Positions 56,597-64,000 of a stretch of 64,000 bases of DNA are shown one piece after another; position 1 is the stretch's first letter; every line of letters begins with the position of its first letter. The notes under the pieces are model-generated. The model did no database searches. It was given only the letters and a program-made list of their open reading frames with translations, and had not been told where the DNA came from. The position numbers and the translations under genes are program-made. Where the stretch lies: contig JAUQQM010000002.1 of assembly GCA_030549895.1 (NCBI GenBank), forward strand, positions 1,037 to 65,036, in the 5' to 3' direction. This stretch comes from Patescibacteria group bacterium. GTDB lineage: Bacteria > Patescibacteriota > Minisyncoccia > UBA6257 > HR35.

Positions 56597-56707
56597 TTTC
56601 AAAAGAATATTCACAAGACTAACTTGACTTTTTAAAAAAATAGATTAAACTTTTCTTAAAATTGAAGCTTACATTATCCTCATCTTGAGGAAATGTAGGC
56701 AAAAAAG

Positions 56708-56914
56708 ATGGAAATCGTAAAAAAGGTAATTTTACTTGATGAAGAGGAAGAAGAAGAGGAAGAGTGGCAAGAAGAAGAAGAATGGGAAGAAGAAGAGGAA
56801 GAAAAAGAGGAGGAGTGGCCTTCAGAAGAAGAATGGGAAGAAGAAGAGGAAGAATGGGAAGAAGAATGGTCAGAGGATGAAGAAGAACCAGAAAATGAAG
56901 ACTACGAAATTTAG
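56708..56914 (+). CDS. 68-aa hyper-acidic Glu/Trp-repeat protein
   Basis: MEIVKKVILLDEEEEEEEEWQEEEEWEEEEEEKEEEWPSEEEWEEEEEEWEEEWSEDEEEPENEDYEI. Its stop overlaps the GTG start of tsaE (TAGTG). The other two long frames across the GAA repeat collide with tsaE or run antisense. Confidence 0.5.
   Translation: MEIVKKVILLDEEEEEEEEWQEEEEWEEEEEEKEEEWPSEEEWEEEEEEWEEEWSEDEEEPENEDYEI
56773..56854 (+). repeat. 31-nt direct repeat (AGAAGAAGAATGGGAAGAAGAAGAGGAAGAA) at 56773-56803 and 56824-56854 within a roughly 150-nt purine-rich GAA/GAG tract
   Basis: The two copies are exact and 51 nt (17 codons) apart, inside the acidic ORF. Confidence 0.85.
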
Positions 56915-57384
56915 TGAAAAGAATTCTTTTAGCTTCTTTTAACTCTAAAAGTTTAAAAGAAACTAAGTGGGTGACTTTTATTTTTTTTAAATTTTTAGAA
57001 ATTTTATTCGAAAAATTCAACCAGATTTTTGTATTTTTTTCTGGACCATTTGGTTCAGGTAAAACTACTTTTATTAATTTTTTAATCAAACATTTTGGTA
57101 TAAAAGAATCTGCTCGTTCACCTAGTTTTATAATTTTAAAAATTTATCAAGGTAAGATAAAAAATTCCCCCCTAGAAATACTTCATTTTGATTTTTATAG
57201 GATTAAAAAAAATAAAAATATTTTTGATTTTGCCCTAAAACAAAAAAATGGAAAAAAACTTATTCTTGGAGAATGGGGCGAAAAATTTGAAAAAACACTT
57301 AAAAAATCCCCAAAAATAAATATAAAAATAGATTATGGTTTGAAAAAAAACGAAAGATTGTTTAAAATTTATTTATGCTTTTAA
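56914..57384 (+). CDS. tsaE: tRNA t6A37 biosynthesis ATPase TsaE
   Basis: 156 aa with a GTG start and the P-loop FFSGPFGSGKTTFINFL. Confidence 0.8.
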   Translation: MKRILLASFNSKSLKETKWVTFIFFKFLEILFEKFNQIFVFFSGPFGSGKTTFINFLIKHFGIKESARSPSFIILKIYQGKIKNSPLEILHFDFYRIKKNKNIFDFALKQKNGKKLILGEWGEKFEKTLKKSPKINIKIDYGLKKNERLFKIYLCF

Positions 57385-59843
57385 TTTTTGATGCTAATGC
57401 CCTTTTACATAGACTTTATCACGCTCTTCCTCTTTTAAAAGACCAAAAACAAAGAACAGTTAATGCTCTTTATGGTTTGTGTAATATTTTACTTAAAGTT
57501 TTAAAAGAATTTAAACCAGAATATGGAATAAGCTGCTATGATAGACCAGAACCAACCTTCAGGCACAAAATACTGAAAGAATATAAAGCTCAACGACCAA
57601 AAACACCGGATGATCTTGTTTTTCAAATTCAAAATTCTAAAAGTATTTTTGAGGCTTTTGGCTTTAGAACTTTTGAAATACCTGGTTATGAAGCAGATGA
57701 TCTTATAGGTTCTCTAGTAGAAAAATTTAAAAAAGACACTGAAATAATAATTGTCACTGGTGATCTTGATACCCTCCAACTTGTTGAAAACGAAAAAGTA
57801 ATTGTCTTTACTATGAAAAAAGGAATAAGTGAAACTGTAGCTTATAATCAAAAATTAGTAAAAGAAAAATATGGGATTGAACCATATCAAATTCCTGACT
57901 ATAAAGCTCTTGTAGGCGATCCATCTGATAATATTGAAGGAATTAAAGGAATCGGTCCAAAATCTGCCCAAAAAATACTTCAAAAATATAAAACAATTGA
58001 AAATTTAATTGAGGAAGCTAAAAAAGGAAATGTCGAAAAAGACTTAAGAGAAAAAATCCTAGAAAATGAAACAAGGCTTTTGCTCTTTAAAAATTTAACT
58101 TCGATAAAGAAGGATATAAAAATAGAATTTAGTTTAGAAGACCTTAAAGTTAATGAGCTCGATAAAGAAAATCTAAAAGAAGTTTTAAATGAATATAACT
58201 TTATCTCTATAATAAAAAGAATAAGTGACCAGACTTCCGAAGCAAAAACAATTCAGCCAGAAATTATAGAAGCAAAACTAAAAGATCTTTTCGAGAGTGA
58301 TTCCCTTTTTCTTTTTCAAAAAGAAAAAGAAATTTTTTTTACCACAGAAACTAATCAGGAAAATGAAATCTTCAAAATTAACCTTAACGAAATTCCTTTA
58401 ATACCATTTAAAAAGATAAACCTAACTGCCTTTGAAGCAAAATTCATTTTTAAAACTAATCTTAAAAATTTCATAAAAGATTATTTTGACCTCAAGGTTG
58501 GTCTTTGGTTAACTAATCCTGATATAAAAAAAATAACGCCTGGAAAACTTTGCCAAATTACAGTAAATAAACATTTTAGCCAAGATGAGTTCAATGTTCT
58601 TTTCTTTAAAGAAGCTGAAAAAAGAATAAAGGAAAAAATTAAAAATTTTGAGCTTCAAGCTGTTTGGGAGGAAATAGAAAAAAAGGTAATACCAATAATT
58701 GCTAAAATAGAAAATTGGGGTATAAAAATAAATCAAGAAAAACTTAAAAGAAATCTTCTTTATTACCAAACTCAAAAAGAAATATTAGAAAAGAAAATAG
58801 AATCAATTTCTGGAGTAAAAATAAATTTGAATTCTTGGAAGGAAGTAAATTGGCTCTTATTCGAAAAACTAAAAATAAAAGTTCCATTTAAAATTAAAAC
58901 CAAAAGCGGTGCTTATTCAACAAAAAAAGAAGTATTAGAAAAATTAAAAGATATAAGCCCTGTTAAAGAAATAATAGAATGGAGACAAACTCAAAAAATA
59001 ATTAACACTTATCTTGAAAATTGGTTAGGAAGAGAAAAAATTAAAACTAATTTAGATCAGACACTTTCGGCAACTGGTAGGATAATTTCTTCAAATCCAA
59101 ATTTTCAAAATTTACCAAAAAGTTTCAAAAAAGTTTTAGAAGTTATAGAACCAGAAGAAGGCTTTACTTTTGTTTCTTTTGATTATAAACAAATAGAAAT
59201 ATTTTTGGCCGCCTGGCTTGCTAGTGAGGAAAAAATAGTAGAGTTCATTCAAAGTGATGGTGATTTTCATCTTTTAGTTGCTCAAGAAATTTTTAAAGAT
59301 AAAGAAAAAAGAGATTTAGCTAAGTCATTAAATTTTGGAATCTTATATGGTATGGGCATTAATTCGTTTTCAAAAATAACGGGCTTAGGCAAGGAAGAAG
59401 CTGAAAAATATTTAGAAAATTACTTCTTAAAATTTCCAAAACTTTATAAATTTTTAAATGAGTTAAAAGAAAAGGCAAGAACTTATGGTTGGGCAGAAAA
59501 TATATTTGGAAGAAAAAGATTTCTTCCAGGAATTTTCTCAGAAAGCTTTAGAGAGAAAAAAGAATCAGAAAGAATAGCAATTAATATGCCAATTCAATCT
59601 TTAGCTGCTGACATTTTAAAAATTGCTATGATAAATTTAGAACCAATTTTGAACGAAAACTTAAGAGTAATCTTGCCTATCCATGATGAGTTAATCTTTG
59701 AAATAAAAAAGGATAAAAACCTTCAAAAATCAATAGAAGATGTTAAAAATATTATGGAGAATTTGAAAAACAAAAATTTAAATTTTGAGTTAAAATTAAA
59801 AGTTAGAGTAAAAGAGGGAGAGAATTTAGGAGAAATAAAATGA
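57375..59843 (+). CDS. polA: DNA polymerase I (5' nuclease + degenerate 3'-5' exo-like region + family A polymerase)
   Basis: 822 aa. Motif A is SFDYKQIE, motif B is AKSLNFGILYGMG and motif C is PIHDELIFE. The Exo I position reads FTTET rather than FDTET. Confidence 0.95.
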   Translation: MLLIFDANALLHRLYHALPLLKDQKQRTVNALYGLCNILLKVLKEFKPEYGISCYDRPEPTFRHKILKEYKAQRPKTPDDLVFQIQNSKSIFEAFGFRTFEIPGYEADDLIGSLVEKFKKDTEIIIVTGDLDTLQLVENEKVIVFTMKKGISETVAYNQKLVKEKYGIEPYQIPDYKALVGDPSDNIEGIKGIGPKSAQKILQKYKTIENLIEEAKKGNVEKDLREKILENETRLLLFKNLTSIKKDIKIEFSLEDLKVNELDKENLKEVLNEYNFISIIKRISDQTSEAKTIQPEIIEAKLKDLFESDSLFLFQKEKEIFFTTETNQENEIFKINLNEIPLIPFKKINLTAFEAKFIFKTNLKNFIKDYFDLKVGLWLTNPDIKKITPGKLCQITVNKHFSQDEFNVLFFKEAEKRIKEKIKNFELQAVWEEIEKKVIPIIAKIENWGIKINQEKLKRNLLYYQTQKEILEKKIESISGVKINLNSWKEVNWLLFEKLKIKVPFKIKTKSGAYSTKKEVLEKLKDISPVKEIIEWRQTQKIINTYLENWLGREKIKTNLDQTLSATGRIISSNPNFQNLPKSFKKVLEVIEPEEGFTFVSFDYKQIEIFLAAWLASEEKIVEFIQSDGDFHLLVAQEIFKDKEKRDLAKSLNFGILYGMGINSFSKITGLGKEEAEKYLENYFLKFPKLYKFLNELKEKARTYGWAENIFGRKRFLPGIFSESFREKKESERIAINMPIQSLAADILKIAMINLEPILNENLRVILPIHDELIFEIKKDKNLQKSIEDVKNIMENLKNKNLNFELKLKVRVKEGENLGEIK

Positions 59844-61174
59844 AAGAATTTAGCCTTGACGATTTAAAAAATCTCCTAAATAAAGCATTCAAGATCTTTC
59901 TTAAAATTTTTGATTTTTTTTATAAAAACTTTGGGGTTGAAGGTTTAGGAATTTTAGTTTTTATCTTTATTAACCTTATTTCCTTTTTTTATTTCAAAAT
60001 ACCTTCGTTTTTAAAAATCCTTGGAATTTTATCAAACTTAATTTTAATATTTTTCATTTATGATATTTCTGAAAAAAACCTCAAAAGACGAATTGAAGCC
60101 CAAAAAAGTCAAAATATGATTTTAAATGTCTTTGAACTTCTACCTTACGGAATGATAATTTATGATGAATACTTTACGGTAATTCAAGTAAATAAAAAAA
60201 TGTGTGAAATCGTTGGCTTAAGTAAAGAAGAAATTGTAGGACAAAAAGTAAAACCAGAAATGTTAAAATCAGCAAAATTTAAAATTTTAGCTCAAATTCT
60301 TTTTCCCTCACTTTCTGGTCAGATTATTTCAAGAAAACAAGAAGGAAAAGTAGAAATTACAGAAGTTTTCTTTTCAGAACCAACAGAAAGTTATTTTACC
60401 CTTTGGACATTACCCGTTTTTGAGGAAAAAAAGACAGTCACAAAATTAAAAATTGTTCAAGATAAAACCGTTGAAGTTCTTTATCAAAAAAATCAAAATG
60501 AATTTTATTCTATAGCTGCCCATCAATTAAAAACACCTCTTAGCGAGATAAACTGGATAATTGAAACTTTAAAGAATCCTCTTTCAGATTCAGAAAAAGA
60601 AAACTTAATAGAAAGTGGCTTAAGGATAGTAAAAAAGACTATTTGGTTAGTAGAGACAATTCTTAACTCAGTAAAGTTAGAAAGTGGTAAAATTGCTCTC
60701 AATATAGAAAAAATAAAAATAAATGATCTAGTTGAAGAAGTTATTGATCTTTTCAAAAAAGAAATTGAAATAAATAATATCAATGTAATTAAAAACTTTA
60801 AGGTTAATCTCGAAATACCTGGTGACAAAAGCAAGCTCTTTTTAGCTCTAGCAAATATCATTGATAATGCTATAAGATATAACAAACCATCTGGCAGTAT
60901 TGAAATTAATATAGAACAACTTCATGACTATCTTTCAATTTCTGTAAAAGATAGCGGCCTTGGAATACCTAAAAAAGAACAAGAATATCTTTTTCAAAGA
61001 TTTTTCCGAGCTTCGAATGTAAGAAAAATAGGAAAAGAGGGATTTGGTTTAGGACTTTATCTAACTAAAAAAGTAATTGATCTTCATGGAGGAAAAATAA
61101 ACATAGAATCAGAGGAAAATAAAGGAACAAAAATCACTATCACCCTACCACTTCAGGAAAGTCTAATTCCATGA
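59840..61174 (+). CDS. Membrane sensor histidine kinase (2 TM + PAS + HisKA + HATPase_c)
   Basis: 444 aa with the H-box AAHQLKTPLSEI, N-box DNAIRYN and G-boxes DSGLGIP and GFGLGL. SD: AGGAGAAATAAAATG. Confidence 0.85.
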   Translation: MKEFSLDDLKNLLNKAFKIFLKIFDFFYKNFGVEGLGILVFIFINLISFFYFKIPSFLKILGILSNLILIFFIYDISEKNLKRRIEAQKSQNMILNVFELLPYGMIIYDEYFTVIQVNKKMCEIVGLSKEEIVGQKVKPEMLKSAKFKILAQILFPSLSGQIISRKQEGKVEITEVFFSEPTESYFTLWTLPVFEEKKTVTKLKIVQDKTVEVLYQKNQNEFYSIAAHQLKTPLSEINWIIETLKNPLSDSEKENLIESGLRIVKKTIWLVETILNSVKLESGKIALNIEKIKINDLVEEVIDLFKKEIEINNINVIKNFKVNLEIPGDKSKLFLALANIIDNAIRYNKPSGSIEINIEQLHDYLSISVKDSGLGIPKKEQEYLFQRFFRASNVRKIGKEGFGLGLYLTKKVIDLHGGKINIESEENKGTKITITLPLQESLIP

Positions 61175-62535
61175 TAGAGACTCTTAAAATAAAAGTCCAA
61201 AAAATATTACCAAAATCAATTTTAAGAATTATTTTAAAATATTATCAAAGATTCTTAAATCTAATATTAAATTTATTTTTTCATCTAAAATTAAACAAAC
61301 CCTCAAAAAAAATAATTGTTGTTGGAGTTACAGGAACAAAAGGTAAAAGTACAGTTTGCTTTCTTGCTTACTCACTTTTACAAGCTCTTTCAATTAAAAC
61401 TTCTCTTTCAAGTTCAGATTATATATCTTATGGAAATAACCTCGAAGAAAACAAAACTTTAAATACAATGCCAGGGAGAGGCTTTTTGCATAAATTCCTT
61501 TATCAGTCTTTAAAAAATGACTGTAAAATAGCTATTATAGAAGTTACTTCTGAAGGCTTAATGTATGGAAGGGATTATTTTGTAGATTTCGATATTGGAA
61601 TCTTTCTCAATCTCCATCCAGAACATATTCAAACTCATGGATCTTATGAAAAGTATAAAAAGGATAAAAGAAAACTTTTTAAAAAAATTTCTAAATCAAA
61701 AACGAAAAAATATCTTAATGGTAAAGAGATAGAAAAAAGCATTATTGCTAATCTCGATGATATCCAGTTTAATTATTTTACTAATTTTCCTGTAAAAAAA
61801 ATAACTTTTTCTCTCAAAACTCAAGCAGATATAAAACCTGTAAATTGGTCTTTAAATGAACAAGAAACTACTTTCAAACTATGGCAGGAAGAATTTAAAA
61901 GCCCTCTTGTAGGAGAATTCAATCTTTACAACATTTTAGCTTCTTTAGCCTTACTTGTTTGCCTCAATATAGATTTAAATCAAGAAAACATAGAAAAAAT
62001 AAAAGAGGAAATTTCGAAAAATAGAGGTGTTCCTTTAAGAATGGAATTAATTAAGGCAAAGAATTTTAAAATTTTAATAGATTTCGCTCATACACCAGAA
62101 TCAATAAAGCAAGTTTTTGAAACTATAAACAAAGTTTTCGAAAAACCAAAAAGGATAATTTCAATTATAGGAGCAGATGGTGGTTTAAGAGATAAATGGA
62201 AAAGACCAATTTTTGGAGAAATATGCGCAAAATATAGTGATTTTGTTATTATTACCGACGTAAATCCATATTTTGAAGACGGAAATGAAATAATAGAGCA
62301 AATTTTTGTTGGAGCTAAAAGCTATTTAGAAAAATGGAATCTTAAAAAAGAAATAATAAAAATAAAGGAAAGAAAAGAAGCAATTAAATGGGCAGTAGAA
62401 AATGCTCAAGAAGGAGACTTAATTGTAAGCCTTGTTAAAGGAAGAGATCCTTACATAATAACTGGTAAAGAAAAAATTCCCTGGAATGAAAAAGAAGTAT
62501 TTTTAGAAGTCCTTAAAGAATACAACAAAATCTAA
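61171..62535 (+). CDS. murE: Mur ligase, MurE-like (UDP-MurNAc-L-Ala-D-Glu:diamino acid ligase) with a short N-terminus
   Basis: 454 aa with the P-loop VGVTGTKGKST and the C-terminal GADGGLRDKWKRP...ITDVNPYFED, where DAP-type MurE enzymes have DNPR. Confidence 0.7.
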   Translation: MIETLKIKVQKILPKSILRIILKYYQRFLNLILNLFFHLKLNKPSKKIIVVGVTGTKGKSTVCFLAYSLLQALSIKTSLSSSDYISYGNNLEENKTLNTMPGRGFLHKFLYQSLKNDCKIAIIEVTSEGLMYGRDYFVDFDIGIFLNLHPEHIQTHGSYEKYKKDKRKLFKKISKSKTKKYLNGKEIEKSIIANLDDIQFNYFTNFPVKKITFSLKTQADIKPVNWSLNEQETTFKLWQEEFKSPLVGEFNLYNILASLALLVCLNIDLNQENIEKIKEEISKNRGVPLRMELIKAKNFKILIDFAHTPESIKQVFETINKVFEKPKRIISIIGADGGLRDKWKRPIFGEICAKYSDFVIITDVNPYFEDGNEIIEQIFVGAKSYLEKWNLKKEIIKIKERKEAIKWAVENAQEGDLIVSLVKGRDPYIITGKEKIPWNEKEVFLEVLKEYNKI

Positions 62536-63986
62536 TAAATAAAATTAGTAAGATTTTTCCCTAACATTGAATCTGGTTTAGGAATGTCGAAAAACCAAAG
62601 AATTGTTGGAGTTATATCTGCTAAAGTCCCTACAGCAGTTTTAAGTTGATATCTAAATTGAGCTTCAGTTTTTTCTCTTTCAAAACCTTTTTTAACTATT
62701 AAAAAAGGAACTGGATTTGGATCATGAATTTTTTGCACCTTTCCGCTTTCAAGATAAGTCATTCTTTCTATATTCCCATGGTCAGAAGTAAAGATAACCA
62801 TCCAGTTATAAGCTATAGTTTTTTCAAAAAGATCTTTTAAAAGTTCATCTAACTCACTCAAAAGTTTTACAGCAAGATTTATATCACCTGTGTGGCCAAC
62901 AATATCGGTTACAGGAATATTTGCTATTATCAAATCATAAATGCCATCAATTATTGCCTGAACAATGTTGTCAGCTATTTCTCGAGCGCCAGAAAGAAAA
63001 TCACGATAAATATCTGTTGGCGGTATTATCTTCCTGTATTCGTTAGGATAAGCTTCAGTTATCTTCCCATTAAAGTAAAAATTAAGGGGTACAGCTCTAG
63101 AAGTTTCTGTAATTTTAAAAACATTTTTCTCTTTCAAAAATAACTCTCTTATAAGAGAGGTTTGAATATTTATTTTTTCAAGATAAACTTCTATTTGATA
63201 CTTTGGTTCTTTTATAGGAAGATCGACCATTGTAAGGCAATTTAAGTTTTGAGGTAAATTCCTTGGAAAAAAGTTAAAATCTTCATCTAAAATTGATTTT
63301 GCTAATTGAAATATTTCATCTTCTTTTAAAGCTAAAAAAATTAAAACATCATTTTCAGAAAGAGCAACTTCATTGATTACTGTTGGTTCTATATCTAAAT
63401 CTTTAAGATTAAAATTAGAAATTAAATTTTTCTTAAATTCCTCAAGAGTTCTCTTTTTGCCCTCTCCTTTAGTTATAAGATCAAAAGCTATCTTAGTCCT
63501 TAAAAGCCAACTTCTTTCCTTATCAAAAGCATACCTCCCACCTATTATTGTAGCTATTTTCACTTTATCGTTAAATAAACTTTCAACCTCTTGAAGAATT
63601 TTTAAAAATTCTTGACCATAACCATCTGAAATTAAATGAAAATAACTCCTTGCCCCAGATCTTTTTGCGAACTCAACAAACATCTTAAAAACATCTAAAG
63701 GACAGTTATGAAAATCTAAGCTAAGTGGAGCTATAATATGAACATTGCTACTATTGAATTTTGCAAAATCAAATATAGAATTAAGTTTTTCATCACTAAA
63801 AAAATTTTCATCCCTTACTTTCTCTAAAGCTCTTACATAGTCCTGAAGAACTGCTCTTCCAGTACCTATGGTAAAATGACCTACCTCACAATTCCCTGCC
63901 TCATTCCAATAAAGACCAACTGCAGTACCGGATGCTTGAAGAATACCAAAAGGATATCTTCTAAAAAACTCATGCAAGTTTTTCAT
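62532..63986 (-). CDS. gpmI: 2,3-bisphosphoglycerate-independent phosphoglycerate mutase-like protein (alkaline phosphatase superfamily); the 5' end may lie beyond the window
   Basis: 484 aa with metal-site motifs TDIVGHTGD, FTSDHGN and HDPNPVP. The nucleophile segment reads AGNCEVGH. The frame stays open upstream of the ATG as far as the window edge. Confidence 0.7.
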   Translation of the reverse strand: MKNLHEFFRRYPFGILQASGTAVGLYWNEAGNCEVGHFTIGTGRAVLQDYVRALEKVRDENFFSDEKLNSIFDFAKFNSSNVHIIAPLSLDFHNCPLDVFKMFVEFAKRSGARSYFHLISDGYGQEFLKILQEVESLFNDKVKIATIIGGRYAFDKERSWLLRTKIAFDLITKGEGKKRTLEEFKKNLISNFNLKDLDIEPTVINEVALSENDVLIFLALKEDEIFQLAKSILDEDFNFFPRNLPQNLNCLTMVDLPIKEPKYQIEVYLEKINIQTSLIRELFLKEKNVFKITETSRAVPLNFYFNGKITEAYPNEYRKIIPPTDIYRDFLSGAREIADNIVQAIIDGIYDLIIANIPVTDIVGHTGDINLAVKLLSELDELLKDLFEKTIAYNWMVIFTSDHGNIERMTYLESGKVQKIHDPNPVPFLIVKKGFEREKTEAQFRYQLKTAVGTLADITPTILWFFDIPKPDSMLGKNLTNFIY

Positions 63987-64000
63987 TTTACTAATATAAA

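Noticed and set aside
56678-56690. A small hairpin (CCTCA-TCT-TGAGG) and an adjacent ATG-TAG start-stop upstream of the acidic ORF.
   Set aside because: A 5-bp stem is too weak to argue for function, and the SD-like GAGG is too close to the ATG-TAG to be meaningful.
56619-57089. A 156-aa Leu/Pro-rich minus-strand ORF and the Lys/Arg-rich +2 frame ORF (56736..56942) across the GAA repeat.
   Set aside because: Both are frame artefacts of the (GAA/GAG)n tract. The minus-strand ORF is antisense to tsaE and the K/R frame runs into the tsaE coding region. Only the Glu/Trp frame ends in a coupling overlap with the tsaE start.

Overview
This window is 64 kb of very AT-rich, extremely gene-dense bacterial chromosome. 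I count about 70 protein genes and one tRNA. I saw no rRNA, CRISPR array, transposase, integrase or phage genes. All homology calls rest on motifs I recognise by eye, not on searches.

The content is almost entirely housekeeping:
- aminoacyl-tRNA synthetases: argS, serS, cysS, glyQS
- DNA metabolism: uvrB, dprA, topA, an smc-like gene, holB, polA, rnhA
- translation: rplB, rpmA, rpsP, efp, tRNA-Glu
- chaperones: grpE, hsp20, dnaK
- scattered cell-wall and shape genes: murC, murE-like, murG, mreB, ftsX
- a few central-carbon genes: ppsA, glycerate kinase, fba, a gpmI-like gene
- atpD and atpC, rtcB, and several secreted or membrane proteins of unknown function

The standard genetic code appears to apply, because TGA is used as a stop and all conserved genes read intact. 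Several traits point to a reduced CPR/Patescibacteria-type genome (inference only): minimised domain architectures, a LamG-tipped pseudopilin, DUF763, dispersed mur genes and overlapping gene ends.

The most interesting signals, in order:
1. Nearly every operon-first gene has a TATAAT box, mostly as TGnTATAAT, 5-10 nt from its start codon and no Shine-Dalgarno sequence. Operon-internal genes do have SD sequences. This implies pervasive leaderless transcription units.
2. An extracytoplasmic thiol/quinone redox island at 173-6816 holds a split VKOR plus stand-alone Trx-like partner, CcdA, NDH-2 and a frameshifted DoxX/DoxD gene.
3. A tandem pair of weakly paralogous Ser/Thr-rich, Cys-containing secreted proteins has no recognisable family.
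4. A half-size SMC has no recognisable hinge.
5. A 68-aa poly-Glu/Trp repeat ORF is translationally coupled to tsaE-polA.
6. A hairpin that buries the hsp20 SD sits between grpE and hsp20-dnaK.
7. An rplB-rpmA-tRNA-Glu operon lies outside the usual S10 context, and the rpmA stop codon shares a nucleotide with tRNA position 1.
8. An efp-atpD-atpC-fba operon has no other atp genes beside it.
9. A gpmI-like enzyme has Cys at the position of the catalytic Ser.
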